Part shown: positions 30,868 to 41,174 of the stretch, one piece after another
Position numbering within the stretch: position 1 is the first letter of the stretch
How the letters are laid out: every line of letters starts with the position of its first letter
Origin: Dehalococcoidia bacterium
Lineage (GTDB): Bacteria > Chloroflexota > Dehalococcoidia > UBA2979
Reading direction: 5' to 3'
DNA: 64,000 nucleotides
Assembly: GCA_965262725.1 (NCBI GenBank)
Contig: OZ253555.1
Coordinates: forward strand, 517,256-581,255
The notes under the pieces: model-generated
What the model was told of the DNA's origin: nothing
Database searches by the model: none
What the model saw: only the letters and a program-made list of their open reading frames with translations
Translations under genes and position numbers: made by a program

Positions 30868-31679
30868 GGCCGCCCCCGTTGGTGGACCGTTCCGTCGGGC
30901 GTCGGGCTTCGGCCGCGCCCTCGCCCGCCCGGCCTACTGGCTGATCAGCGGCTGCCCGTGGTCGCCGCCTGCCGGATTTCGCCTCGCCTGCCGGCGCTCG
31001 GACTCACATGCCCGCGCGAGAAGGTTGAAGGAGCGTCCGCCCGGGTGTGCTGTGGCGCTCCGCGGGGCGCTCTAGCTACTGCCTAGTGTCCTGAATTGGA
31101 AATGCGATTGAGATATCCGGTGAGGTTGGTGTGTCCCGAAGTCGAAGGGCGGGTGACGTGATGACGTAACCGGTCTGGAGACATGCTCGTCGTTGCCAGC
31201 CGGTGCGAGTCCGGCACGGGTAACTGTCAGGAGGCCCGTTAGCAGGTCGGCGGCGCGGACGGGAAACGGTCCACGTCGAAGCCCGACGTCAAGAGCCCTA
31301 TCAGGGGGAGCAACCAAGCGGTCCGCAGCATCAAGCGAAGCCTGCCGCGTCGTTAACGGATAGTGGAGGAGCCGAGCCCGGCAATTCAGGGCGAAGGCCA
31401 TGGACGAGGTGAAGATCCTGAATGCGCGTTGCGCTGCAGCCTCAAGGAACCTCCCGGCGTAAGGGGCGTGGAACGTTTGGAAGGTAGCGACGGGAACGGG
31501 AGAAGCCCTCCCCGGCCCGGCACCCTGCGAGATGGTGTCGGAGCGAGGTGCCCTATAACCGGTCAAAGCCGGGAAGTGGGCAGCTAGCCGGAAGGGTGAC
31601 GGAGGGGGTCGTAGTACCGCTTGAGCCGGACGGACAACACAACCGCCGGTGATGGGAAGGACCCCTGCTTTGCTCACGC

Positions 31680-34600
31680 GTGGGGAGTAGGGATGAATCG
31701 GTGAGTGCCCAAGCGGCTAACTCCATCCAAGACAAGGTCCGAACACTACAACGCACGCTTTACCGGGCGGCCAAGGCCGACCCCAATAGACGCTTTCATG
31801 CGCTCTACGACAAGGTTTATCGCAGAGACATTCTGGAGCGCGCGTGGGAGCAGGTGCGTCGCAATCGCGGCGCAGCCGGTATCGACGGCGTCACGCTCGC
31901 CGAGGTCGAGCGCTACGGCGTGGAGCGCCTGCTGGATGAACTGGCCACGGAACTGAAGGAGGGAAGCTACCGGGTGCAGCCGAGCCGCCGGGTCTGGATA
32001 CCCAAGCCCGGTCGGTCGGAAGAGCGCCCGCTCTCGATTCCTTCGGTCCGCGACCGCATCGTGCAGGCGTCGCTGAAGCTCGTGACGGAGCCGGTCTTCG
32101 AGGCCGACTTCCTGCCATGCAGCTTCGGCTTCCGCCCGAAGCGTTCGGCCCATGACGCCCTGCAGGTCCTCATTGACGAGGCGTGGCGGGGCAGGCGGTG
32201 GGTAGTGGAGACGGACATCGCCTCGTGTTTCGAGTCGATACCGCGTGCGTCCGGAAGTCGAAGGGGTGGTGACGTGATGACGTGACCGGTCCGGAGACAT
32301 GCTCGTTGCTGCCAGCCGGTGAGAGTCCGGCACGGGTAACTGTCAGGAGGCCCGTTAGCAGGTCGGCGGCGTGGACGGGAAACGGTCTGCGTCGAAGCCC
32401 GACGTCAAGAGCCCTATGAGGGGGAGCAAACGTGCGGTCCGCAGCATGACGCGAAGTCTGCCGCGCCGTGAGACTCGCCTGTCTATTGACAGGACCAAGG
32501 AGGAGCCGAGCCCGGGTGGTCAGGGCGAAGGCCATGGACGAGGTGAAGATCCTGGAATGCAGCCTCAAGAAACCTCCCGGCGTATGGGACGTGGAACGTA
32601 CGGAAGGTAGCGACGGGAACCGGAGAAGCCCTCCCCGGCCCGGCACCCTGTGAGAGGGCGTCGGAGCGAGGCGTCCTATAACCGGTCAGAGCCGGGAAGT
32701 GGACAGCCAGCCGGAAGGGTGGCGGAGGGGGTCGTAGTACCGCTGGAGCCGGACGGACAACATAACCGCCGGTGATGGGAAGGACCCCTACTTTGTCCGT
32801 GCATGTTGCTGGGGGTGTGGACTGGTGAGTGCCCCTCGGGGCTAGCAACCACTTGGTAGGGTTCGAGGCTCTCCGCACATGCTGTACCGGCTGGCCAAGG
32901 CACGACCCACGTTGTGGGGAGCGCTGCATGCCATCTGGTGAAGGGCATCGGTGAGCCGGATGAGGGAGAACCTCACGTCCGGTTCGATGTGGCAGGGGCT
33001 GGAGACGGACGCTGCTATGGCCGTGGAGTTGGGCACCACCGGGAAACCGGCTTGGAACTGATGCGCCACCGCCTACGGCTCGCACCGCGCCAGCCCCTGA
33101 CCCTACGTGCGTCCGGAAGTCGAAGGGGTGGTGACGTGATGACGTGACCGGTCCGGAGACATGCTCGTTGCTGCCAGCCGGTGAGAGTCCGGCACGGGTA
33201 ACTGTCAGGAGGCCCGTTAGCAGGTCGGCGGCGTGGACGGGAAACGGTCTGCGTCGAAGCCCGACGTCAAGAGCCCTATGAGGGGGAGCAAACGTGCGGT
33301 CCGCAGCATGACGCGAAGTCTGCCGCGCCGTGAGACTCGCCTGTCTATTGACAGGACCAAGGAGGAGCCGAGCCCGGGTGGTCAGGGCGAAGGCCATGGA
33401 CGAGGTGAAGATCCTGGAATGCAGCCTCAAGAAACCTCCCGGCGTATGGGACGTGGAACGTACGGAAGGTAGCGACGGGAACCGGAGAAGCCCTCCCCGG
33501 CCCGGCACCCTGTGAGAGGGCGTCGGAGCGAGGCGTCCTATAACCGGTCAGAGCCGGGAAGTGGACAGCCAGCCGGAAGGGTGGCGGAGGGGGTCGTAGT
33601 ACCGCTGGAGCCGGACGGACAACATAACCGCCGGTGATGGGAAGGACCCCTACTTTGTCCGTGCATGTTGCTGGGGGTGTGGACTGGTGAGTGCCCCTCG
33701 GGGCTAGCAACCACTTGGTAGGGTTCGAGGCTCTCCGCACATGCTGTACCGGCTGGCCAAGGCACGACCCACGTTGTGGGGAGCGCTGCATGCCATCTGG
33801 TGAAGGGCATCGGTGAGCCGGATGAGGGAGAACCTCACGTCCGGTTCGATGTGGCAGGGGCTGGAGACGGACGCTGCTATGGCCGTGGAGTTGGGCACCA
33901 CCGGGAAACCGGCTTGGAACTGATGCGCCACCGCCTACGGCTCGCACCGCGCCAGCCCCTGACCCTACACGACCGTCTGATGACGGCCGTCGAGGAACGG
34001 ATATGCGACCGCAATCTCCTGAAGCTGGTACGGGCGATGCTGCGTGCCGGTGTGATGGAGTCGGGGGTCGTGCAGCACAGCGCGACGGGTACGCCGCAGG
34101 GCGGGGTGATGTCCCCGCTGCTGGCCAATGTCTACCTGCACCGGTTGGACCGGGACTGGGAGGCGAAGGGTGATGGCGTGCTGGTGCGCTATGCGGATGA
34201 CCTCGTGGTGCTCTGCCGGAGCCGGGAGGAAGCGGAGCGGGCGTTGGCCCTGCTGCGTGACCTGCTGGGTGAGCTCGGACTGGAGCTCAAGGCGGAGAAG
34301 ACGCGCATCGTGCACCTGCGGGAGGGAGGCGAGGGGCTGGAGTTCCTCGGCTTCGAGCATCGCTGGGTACGTGCGAAGCGCAACAAGAATATCCAGTTCC
34401 TCGCACGCTGGCCCTCACGGCGAGCGATGCAGCGGGCGCGGGACCGCATCCGTGAAATCACGGCGCGGTTGCGTCTGCTGCTGAGTCCCCGGCAGGTCGT
34501 GGAGGAAGTCAATCGCTACCTCCGCGGCTGGATGAGCTACTTCCGCTACGGCAACTCGGCGAGGGCGTTCGACGTCCTGCACTGGTTTGCCATGTGGAGA

Positions 34601-34762
34601 CTCAAACTCTGGCTGGGGAAGCGGTTGCGTTGGCGGCGACGCCATCGCGGGCACCCGTTTCCCGTCGCCGACCGTCTGGGGCTCATCTCGCTAGCTGGAC
34701 AGCGCGTCGTGGCACCACGGCCATATCGACCGTGGCGGGGCACCCCGCATGCCGCCCGGTGA
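31680..34762 (+). CDS. Group II intron-encoded reverse transcriptase/maturase (split: 31680-32244 and 33969-34762)
   Basis: N-terminal part ends ...TDIASCFESIP; C-terminal part resumes HDRLMTAVEE... with YADDLVVL and an X/maturase domain; no HNH endonuclease domain; the junction codon CAC is split (c | ac). Confidence 0.8.
32245..33106 (+). mobile_element. ORF-less group II intron, copy A2
   Basis: GTGCG...CTAC, 862 bp, essentially identical to A1. Confidence 0.85.
33107..33968 (+). mobile_element. ORF-less group II intron, copy A3 (head-to-tail with A2)
   Basis: Begins immediately after the CTAC of A2 and ends before ACGACCGTC of the RT ORF. Confidence 0.85.
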
Positions 34763-34922
34763 AGGGCATCGGTGAGCCGGATGAGGGAAAACCTCACGTC
34801 CGGTTCGAGGCGGCAGGGGCTGGAGACGGACGATGCTACGGCTGTGGAGATGGGCGCCACCGGGAAACCGGCCTGGCAATATGCGCCACCGCCTACGGCT
34901 CGCACCGCGCCAGCCCCTGACC

Positions 34923-36023
34923 CTACTCAAGGATCTGGTCCGCGGACTTGTGCCAGATGAAGGGCCTCGGATTCTCGTTCCAGCTGGCGACCCACATCTC
35001 CACTGAGCGGATCAGATCAGGGACGCTATGGTGCGTGCCGCGCCGGAGCCACTTGCTGGTGAGCTCTGCAAACCAGCGCTCCACGAGGTTCATCCAGGAG
35101 CTGTAGGTCGGCGTGAAATGGAAGGTGAAGCGGGGATGGCGCTGGAGCCAGCGCTGGATGGCGGGCGTGCGGTGCGTGGAGACGTTGTCGAGCACGACAT
35201 GCACCGCCAGCTCATGGGGAACGCTTTGGTCGATGAGGGCGAGGAACTGCTGGAACTCCCGAGCCCGGTGCCGGGGGGTCATCTCCGTGATCACGCATCC
35301 CGAGGCGACATCGAGCGCCGCGTAGAGGTTCGTCGTGCCGTGACGGATGTAGTCGTGCGTCTGGCGGGCGGGGACGCCGGGCATCATCGGCACCGTCGGC
35401 GCGGTGCGGTCGAGTGCCTGGATCTGGGTCTTCTCGTCCACGCACAGCACAACCGCCGCGTCGGGCGGGTTGAGATAGAGCCCGGCCACGTCGCGCACCT
35501 TGTCGATGAACTGCGGGTCGGGCGACAGCTTGAAGCTCTCCACGAGGTGCGGCTTCAGGCCGAAGGCGCGCCAGATCCTGAAGATCGCCGACTGCGACAT
35601 CCCGACCGCGGCTGCCATCGATCGGGTCGACCAGTGCGTCGCGTTGGGAGGCTGCTCCTCCAGCGTCGTGACGATCACCGCTTCCACCTGTGCATCGGCG
35701 ATCGTGCGCGGCGCCCCGGGGCGCGGCTCATCCTGTAGCCCATCGAGCCGCCCCTGCGCAAAGCGCCGGCGCCACTTGCCGACGGTGACCGGATGGCAAT
35801 CGAGCGCCGCGGCGATCGCTTTATTCGATGTCCCCTCGGCCGCTGCCAGGACGATGCGACAGCGCAGCGCCAGCGCCTGGGCCGATGTCGGCCGGCGCGC
35901 CCACCGCTCCAGCGTCTCACGCTCCTCGTCGCTCAGGACGATCGCGACCGTCGGCCGTCCGATTCGGGTGCTCATGACACTCCAGAGTCTGCCCCATGGG
36001 GCAAAACCCCGCTGTGCCACCAT
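34923..36023 (-). CDS. IS630-family DDE transposase
   Basis: HTH N-terminus and DDE core (VLCVDEKTQIQAL...HVVLDNVSTHRT...SSWMNLVERWF); the last codon and stop are supplied by the intron B 3' end, so the native C-terminus is replaced. Confidence 0.9.
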   Translation of the reverse strand: MVAQRGFAPWGRLWSVMSTRIGRPTVAIVLSDEERETLERWARRPTSAQALALRCRIVLAAAEGTSNKAIAAALDCHPVTVGKWRRRFAQGRLDGLQDEPRPGAPRTIADAQVEAVIVTTLEEQPPNATHWSTRSMAAAVGMSQSAIFRIWRAFGLKPHLVESFKLSPDPQFIDKVRDVAGLYLNPPDAAVVLCVDEKTQIQALDRTAPTVPMMPGVPARQTHDYIRHGTTNLYAALDVASGCVITEMTPRHRAREFQQFLALIDQSVPHELAVHVVLDNVSTHRTPAIQRWLQRHPRFTFHFTPTYSSWMNLVERWFAELTSKWLRRGTHHSVPDLIRSVEMWVASWNENPRPFIWHKSADQILE

Positions 36024-36056
36024 ACCCGTTATCTGTCGCTATTACGAATCAGGACA

Positions 36057-36452
36057 CTAGGCGGCCGCGATCTCCTTCGGCCACATCGAGGCGGGAACGA
36101 TGCGTGAGAACAGCCGCACCGCATCCTCGTCGCGGCGGTTCGGAGAGAGCATGTACGTGGCACGCCCCTTACCCGAGCGCGACAGCGCGAACCTGCCGTT
36201 GGCGGTGCGCCCGATGGCGATGAAGCCGCTCGCATACATCCCGCCGATCGCGATGACCCCGTTGGCGTTGCCGCCCCCGATCGCGGTGATGCCGGTCGCG
36301 TTGAGGCCCCCGAATGACACAAGCCCGATCGCGTTGCCGCTGCTGATCGCGATGACACCGATGGCATTCACCGCGCTGATCGCGACAAGCCCGATGGCGT
36401 TGACCGCGCTGATGGCCAGGATTCCGATGGCGTTGACCGTGTCTATCGACAT
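36057..36452 (-). CDS. Hypothetical protein made of 11-residue repeats (NAIGxxAISxx), possible beta-solenoid
   Basis: At least eight consecutive 11-mers (NAIGILAISAV NAIGLVAISAV NAIGVIAISSG ...); the TAG stop coincides with the IS630 TA target. Confidence 0.55.
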   Translation of the reverse strand: MSIDTVNAIGILAISAVNAIGLVAISAVNAIGVIAISSGNAIGLVSFGGLNATGITAIGGGNANGVIAIGGMYASGFIAIGRTANGRFALSRSGKGRATYMLSPNRRDEDAVRLFSRIVPASMWPKEIAAA

Positions 36453-36610
36453 GGCTCCCCCTCCCCGGGTTCTCCCGCGCGACGTGCGAGCCGGGCCGTA
36501 CGACCGCGACCTCTAGCCCCAGCGCAGCCAGGTGCGGCGGTTCTTCTGGCGCCTGAAGCGCTCATGCCGCATCGCCACCCGCGATGCCCTGCAGTCACTG
36601 TGAAGAGGCC

Positions 36611-36886
36611 CTAGTCCCCTTCGCCCGCGTCCGTCTCCGCCGCGTCGTTCCCGGGCTCCGGCGGGTAGTCGGGGGCGTCCGTGAAGCGCGTGGTGGCCAT
36701 CGTGTAGCCGACCCAGAACCCGAGCGCCGAGGCGATCGTGAGCAGGCCGAGCACCGGGAGCGCGAGCGCGGCGTAGGAGCGCCGCCGCATCCCGTACAGG
36801 AAGAGGACCAGCTGCAGCACCGAGGCCGCCATCAGCGACCACCCGAGGAACCGCGCTCGCCCCTCGACGCCCCCGGGCTGCCTCAT
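36611..36886 (-). CDS. Small two-TM membrane protein, hypothetical
   Basis: Internal Met gives a 91-aa product with ATGA overlap to the upstream Trm112-like gene; two hydrophobic helices. Confidence 0.4.
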   Translation of the reverse strand: MRQPGGVEGRARFLGWSLMAASVLQLVLFLYGMRRRSYAALALPVLGLLTIASALGFWVGYTMATTRFTDAPDYPPEPGNDAAETDAGEGD

Positions 36887-37056
36887 GAGGTGGCGCGCAT
36901 CCCGGGCGGGAGCAGGTTGGGGATGCCCTCGGTGACGGGGTAGCGCTCGTCGCACGCGGAGCAGCTCAGCGTCCCCTCGAGGACCTCGTCTTCCTCCTCG
37001 CGCTCGACGAGGAGCTCCAGGCCCCCCTTGCAGAGGGGGCAGGCGAGGATCTCCAT
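36883..37056 (-). CDS. Trm112-family small zinc-finger protein
   Basis: MEILACPLCKGGLEL...LSCSACDERYPVTEGIPNLL, the classic Trm112/UPF0434 signature. Confidence 0.7.
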   Translation of the reverse strand: MEILACPLCKGGLELLVEREEEDEVLEGTLSCSACDERYPVTEGIPNLLPPGMRATS

Positions 37057-37166
37057 CAGGGCGTGTTGCACGCGCGTTCCTCCGGCGCGCCTCCGATCAT
37101 AGGAAGCACGCCCTCTTCGCGGCAAACCGGCTCAGGCGCGGGGCGGAGCGTTGGTAGACTCGGGCC

Positions 37167-37928
37167 ATGGTGGTGGGCTCCGAGAAGACACCGGTCCCGC
37201 ATGACGCCCGGGACGCGTCCGCGCAGGACGCGGGCCCGTCCGTCCGGCCGACCGAGCGCATCGCCCTCGCCGGCTCCGTGGCCGTGCTCCGGGCCGGCTC
37301 GATCGCGATCCGCCCGTCGCGCGCGCGGCTGCTCGGGCCTGCGGTTGAGGGCGCACTCGCCGCCTCGGCCATCCTCGCCATCGTCACGCTGCTTCCCGTG
37401 CTCCCGCTGTGGGCGCTGCTGCTGCTCCTGCTCTCCGCCATGCTGCTCGGCCCCATCGCCGTGCTCGGGTTCGTCTACAACATCGCCGGGAGCGCCGTGC
37501 TCGTCGAGCGCGAGAAGCAGTCCGTCCGCTACCAGCAGGGCCTGCTCGGCCTCGGCCTCGGCACGGCCGAGCTCGTTCCCTTCTGGCGGATCGCGCGCTA
37601 CGAGCTTCAGTGCTCCGACGACGAGCCGCTCACGAGCGGCGAGCAGCAGGATCTCGTCGAGTGGGAGGTGCGACTCGTCAAGGACAACGGGCGCGTCCTC
37701 CCCGTCGCCTCGGTGGTGGCGCCCCGCCCGCTCGCGGACGAGGCGCGGGAGCGCGCCGCCCGCCTCGCCGGGGCGCTCGCGGAGATGACGGGCGCGCCCG
37801 CCAGCGCCCCCGGGGCCGGGGCGCCGGTGAGCCCCGCGGAGCCGCCCGCGAGCCCCGCGGAGACGCCGCCGGCCGCGGGCACGCGCCCGCGCGCGACCCG
37901 CCATCGTCGCCGGCGGCGAGCGGGCTAG
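37167..37928 (+). CDS. Hypothetical membrane protein
   Basis: 253 aa with two strong TM helices and a Pro/Ala-rich C-terminal tail. Confidence 0.45.
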   Translation: MVVGSEKTPVPHDARDASAQDAGPSVRPTERIALAGSVAVLRAGSIAIRPSRARLLGPAVEGALAASAILAIVTLLPVLPLWALLLLLLSAMLLGPIAVLGFVYNIAGSAVLVEREKQSVRYQQGLLGLGLGTAELVPFWRIARYELQCSDDEPLTSGEQQDLVEWEVRLVKDNGRVLPVASVVAPRPLADEARERAARLAGALAEMTGAPASAPGAGAPVSPAEPPASPAETPPAAGTRPRATRHRRRRRAG

Positions 37929-37972
37929 AGCGTCCGGTGGATCCCGCGGAGCTGCCGCCGCCTCTTCGTCTC

Positions 37973-38374
37973 ATGCGCGACGCCCGGCGCATCGCGGTGG
38001 TGGCGCGCTCCCCGCGGCTCGACCGGCCGTGGCACGACATCGCCTCCTACCTCGTGGGTGCCGGCTATGACGTCTCGCTCGTCAACCCCGCGATCGACGA
38101 GGCGCTGGGGCGGCGCTGCTACGACCGGGTGCAGGATCTGCCGGCTTTGGTCGACCTCGTCGATGTCTTCCGTCTCGCGCCGCAGACTCCCGACGTCGCC
38201 ACCGACGCGGTCGCGGCCGGGGCGAGGGCGCTCTGGCTGCAGCTCGGGATCGTGAGCCACCGCGCCGGGGAGATCGCCTCAGCCGGCGGCCTCGAGGTGG
38301 TGATGGATCGCTGCACGATGGTCGAGCACCGGCGGCTGCTCGCCCTTGGCGTGGAAGCGCCGCGCGCCCCCTGA
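37973..38374 (+). CDS. CoA-binding domain protein (YccU-like)
   Basis: RIAVVARSP...DVFRLAPQTPDVATDAVAAGARALWLQLG, a Rossmann-like CoA-binding fold; the ORF-track N-terminal extension is Arg-rich junk. Confidence 0.7.
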   Translation: MRDARRIAVVARSPRLDRPWHDIASYLVGAGYDVSLVNPAIDEALGRRCYDRVQDLPALVDLVDVFRLAPQTPDVATDAVAAGARALWLQLGIVSHRAGEIASAGGLEVVMDRCTMVEHRRLLALGVEAPRAP

Positions 38375-38422
38375 CGCCCGGGCCGCGCCCCCCGCCCCCT
38401 CGCCCGGGCGCTACCGACGCTC

Positions 38423-39916
38423 GTGATACACTGCTATTCCCTGGCAGGGACGGGAGCGCACGTGATCCCGAGCCTCGCCGAGAAGTGTGGCGTCTTCGGT
38501 GTCTACGCGCCGGAGGAAGATGTCGCACGGCTGACCTTCTTCGGTCTCTACTCGCTCCAGCATCGCGGACAGGAATCGGCGGGCATCGCCACCACCGACG
38601 GCGAGCGGCCGCATCTCCACGCGCGCATGGGCCTGGTCTCGCAGGTCTTCGACGAGGACGTGCTCGCCTCGCTGCCGGGAACGGCCGCAGTCGGGCATAC
38701 GCGCTACTCCACGACCGGATCCTCGGTCGAGGAGAACGCGCAGCCGATCGTCGCCGAGGGCGATAACGGCTGGGTCGCCGTCGCCCACAACGGCAACGTC
38801 ATCAACGCTGACCTCCTGCGGGTGGAGCTTGAGGAGGAGGGCGTCAGCTTCCGCACATCGAGCGACACGGAGGTCGTCACGAAGCTCCTGGTCCGCGCCC
38901 CCGGCGCGACCTGGGAGGATCGCATCGCCCACGTCATGCGCCGGCTGAACGGCGCCTACTCGCTCACGATCCTCACGAAGGACGCGGTCTTCGCCGTGCG
39001 CGATCCGCTGGCCGTGCGCCCGCTGGCGATCGGACGCCTGGGCAACGGCTCCGACCGCGGCTGGGTCTTCGCCTCCGAGAGCTGCGCCCTCGATCACCTC
39101 GGCGCCCAGTTCGTGCGCGAGCTCGCTCCCGGCGAGATCGCGCGCGCCGACGCCGACGGGCTCACCTCGACGCAGGCGGTCCCGCCCAAGCGTCAGGCGC
39201 TCTGCATGCTCGAGTACATCTACTTCTCGCGGCCGGACTCGCGGCTGGGTGGTCAGCTGGTGCACCCGGTCCGGATGGAGATGGGCGCACGGCTCGCCAA
39301 GGAATACCCGGTCGATGCCGACCTGGTGATCGGCGTGCCGGACTCGGCGACCGCCGCCGCCGTCGGCTACGCGCGCGCCTCCGGTATCCCCTACGGCGAG
39401 GCGCTGATCAAGAACCGCTACGTCGGCCGCACGTTCATCCAGCCGGACCAGCGGCTGCGCGAGCGGGGGGTGTGGCTGAAGTTCAATCCGCTGCCCGAGC
39501 TGCTCGAGGGGCAGCGTGTGATCGTGGTGGACGACTCGATCGTGCGCGCCACCACGACGCCGCGCGTGGTGGCGATGCTGCGCCGCGCCGGCGCCACCGA
39601 GGTGCATATGCGCATCACCTCGCCCCCGATCACGCATCCCTGCTTCTACGGCGTCGACATGGCCTCGCGCTCGGAGCTCATAGCCGCGCACGAGAGCGTC
39701 GAGGGGATCCGCCGGCACATCGACGCCGACTCGCTCGGCTACCTCTCCGTCGAGAACACGGTCGCGGCGACCCGGCAGGGGCAGGATGGGCTGTGCACCG
39801 CCTGCTTCACCGGCGACTACCCCGGAGCGGTTCCGCTGCAGTTCGACAAGTTCGTGCTCGAGTCGGGCGGCGCGCGTGACCGGCACGCGGTCCCGCTGGC
39901 GCCCGCCACCCCCTGA
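38423..39916 (+). CDS. purF: Amidophosphoribosyltransferase
   Basis: Propeptide then CGVFGVYA (Ntn Cys), PRTase motif VVDDSIVRATT, 4Fe-4S cysteines CFYG...C.AC; the start may be an internal GTG near 38461. Confidence 0.9.
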   Translation: MIHCYSLAGTGAHVIPSLAEKCGVFGVYAPEEDVARLTFFGLYSLQHRGQESAGIATTDGERPHLHARMGLVSQVFDEDVLASLPGTAAVGHTRYSTTGSSVEENAQPIVAEGDNGWVAVAHNGNVINADLLRVELEEEGVSFRTSSDTEVVTKLLVRAPGATWEDRIAHVMRRLNGAYSLTILTKDAVFAVRDPLAVRPLAIGRLGNGSDRGWVFASESCALDHLGAQFVRELAPGEIARADADGLTSTQAVPPKRQALCMLEYIYFSRPDSRLGGQLVHPVRMEMGARLAKEYPVDADLVIGVPDSATAAAVGYARASGIPYGEALIKNRYVGRTFIQPDQRLRERGVWLKFNPLPELLEGQRVIVVDDSIVRATTTPRVVAMLRRAGATEVHMRITSPPITHPCFYGVDMASRSELIAAHESVEGIRRHIDADSLGYLSVENTVAATRQGQDGLCTACFTGDYPGAVPLQFDKFVLESGGARDRHAVPLAPATP

Positions 39917-40079
39917 AGCCGGCTCCGTCCCGCCCGCGGCCGGGGCGCGGGGTGTCGCTTCCCCCTAGCGGGTGCTGGACCGTACGGTTGCCCCGCCGCC
40001 GGCGGTGAGCCGGAGGCTGGCTGGCTTCTCCCCGGGACGGCGGCGGCTGGTGTCCTCCGAGCATGGGCAGAGGGATCGG

Positions 40080-41162
40080 ATGGAGCCGGGCGCCGCCGAG
40101 GCGGCGCTCAGCTACGCCTCGGCCGGCGTCGACATCGAGGCGGCCGACATCACCGTCTCGCGCTACGCCGAGCTCGCCGCCCGCACGCGCCGCCCCGAGG
40201 TGCTCGCCGACGTCGGCCCCTTCGCCGGGCTCTTCCGCCTGCCCGCGGGGCTGCGCGACCCGGTCCTCGTGGCGAGCACCGACTCGGTCGGGACGAAGCT
40301 GCTGGTGGCGGCGGCGCTGGGTCGCTACGACACCGTGGGCAGAGACCTCGTCAACCACTGCGTGAACGACGTGCTCACGGCCGGCGCCGAGCCGCTCTTC
40401 GTCCTCGACTACGTCGCCACGGCCGACCTCTCGCAGGAGCACCGGGTGGAGCTCGTCTCGGGCGTCGCCGCCGCCTGCGAGGAGAACGGCGCCGCGCTGC
40501 TCGGCGGCGAGACGGCGGATCTGCCCGGCATCTACCTCCCGGGCACCTTCGATCTCGTCGGAACCGCCGTCGGCGTCGTGGAGCGCGATGCCCTCGTCGA
40601 CGGCTCGCGCGTTCGGCGGGGCGACGCTCTCGTCGCGCTTCCCTCGAGCGGCCTGCAGACCAACGGCTACTCGCTCGTGCGCCGGCTCTGGAGCATCGGC
40701 GAGGACCCCGACCGCGACCGCGCCTTCCTCGGGGCGCACGACCCCTCGCTCGGCTGCTCGCTCGGCGAGGCGCTGCTCGCCGTCCACGGCTCCTTCCTCG
40801 AGGCGCTCCGGCCGCTGCTCGGCCGCCCCGGAGGGCCGCTCCACGGCATCGCCCACATCACCGGCGGCGGCATCGCGGGCAATCTCTCGCGCATCCTGCC
40901 GGAGGCGCTTCAGGCGCGCGTCGATCGCACGAGCTGGCGCCCGCCAGCGCTCTTTCAGCGCATCCGGCGCGACGGCGAGTTCCCCGACGGGGAGATGTGG
41001 CGCGTCTTCAACATGGGCGTGGGGCTGGTGCTCGCCGTCGACGCCTCCGAGGCGGAGTCGATCCTGGATGAGATCGAGGGGAGCTGGCGTCTCGGCGAGA
41101 TCGTCGAGCGGGCGGAGGGCGCAGGGGCGGTCGCGCTGTCCCTGGCCCCGGGGCGCGGGTAA
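40080..41162 (+). CDS. purM: Phosphoribosylformylglycinamidine cyclo-ligase (AIR synthetase)
   Basis: SYASAGVDIEAAD...DSVGTKL...GGETADLPG; Met at 40080 fits the canonical length. Confidence 0.9.
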   Translation: MEPGAAEAALSYASAGVDIEAADITVSRYAELAARTRRPEVLADVGPFAGLFRLPAGLRDPVLVASTDSVGTKLLVAAALGRYDTVGRDLVNHCVNDVLTAGAEPLFVLDYVATADLSQEHRVELVSGVAAACEENGAALLGGETADLPGIYLPGTFDLVGTAVGVVERDALVDGSRVRRGDALVALPSSGLQTNGYSLVRRLWSIGEDPDRDRAFLGAHDPSLGCSLGEALLAVHGSFLEALRPLLGRPGGPLHGIAHITGGGIAGNLSRILPEALQARVDRTSWRPPALFQRIRRDGEFPDGEMWRVFNMGVGLVLAVDASEAESILDEIEGSWRLGEIVERAEGAGAVALSLAPGRG

Positions 41163-41174
41163 GGAGGAGGGGCG

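Larger units (their letters stand above)
31129..34926 (+). mobile_element. Full-length group II intron B (about 2.07 kb native) with an RT/maturase ORF in domain IV, itself invaded by two tandem ORF-less introns
   Basis: 5' GTGTG; domain V/VI-like 3' end ...GACCCTAC; RT ORF with YADD; inserted between the IS630 left TIR and the transposase 3' end. Confidence 0.85.
31086..36057. mobile_element. IS630-family insertion sequence carrying a nested group II intron (composite ~5 kb; native IS about 1.18 kb)
   Basis: Imperfect ~35-bp terminal inverted repeats TAGTGTCCTGAATTGGAAATGCGATTGAG (left) and CTAGTGTCCTGATTCGTAATAGCGACAG (right, reverse complement); TA flanks at both ends; DDE transposase inside. 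Confidence 0.75.
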
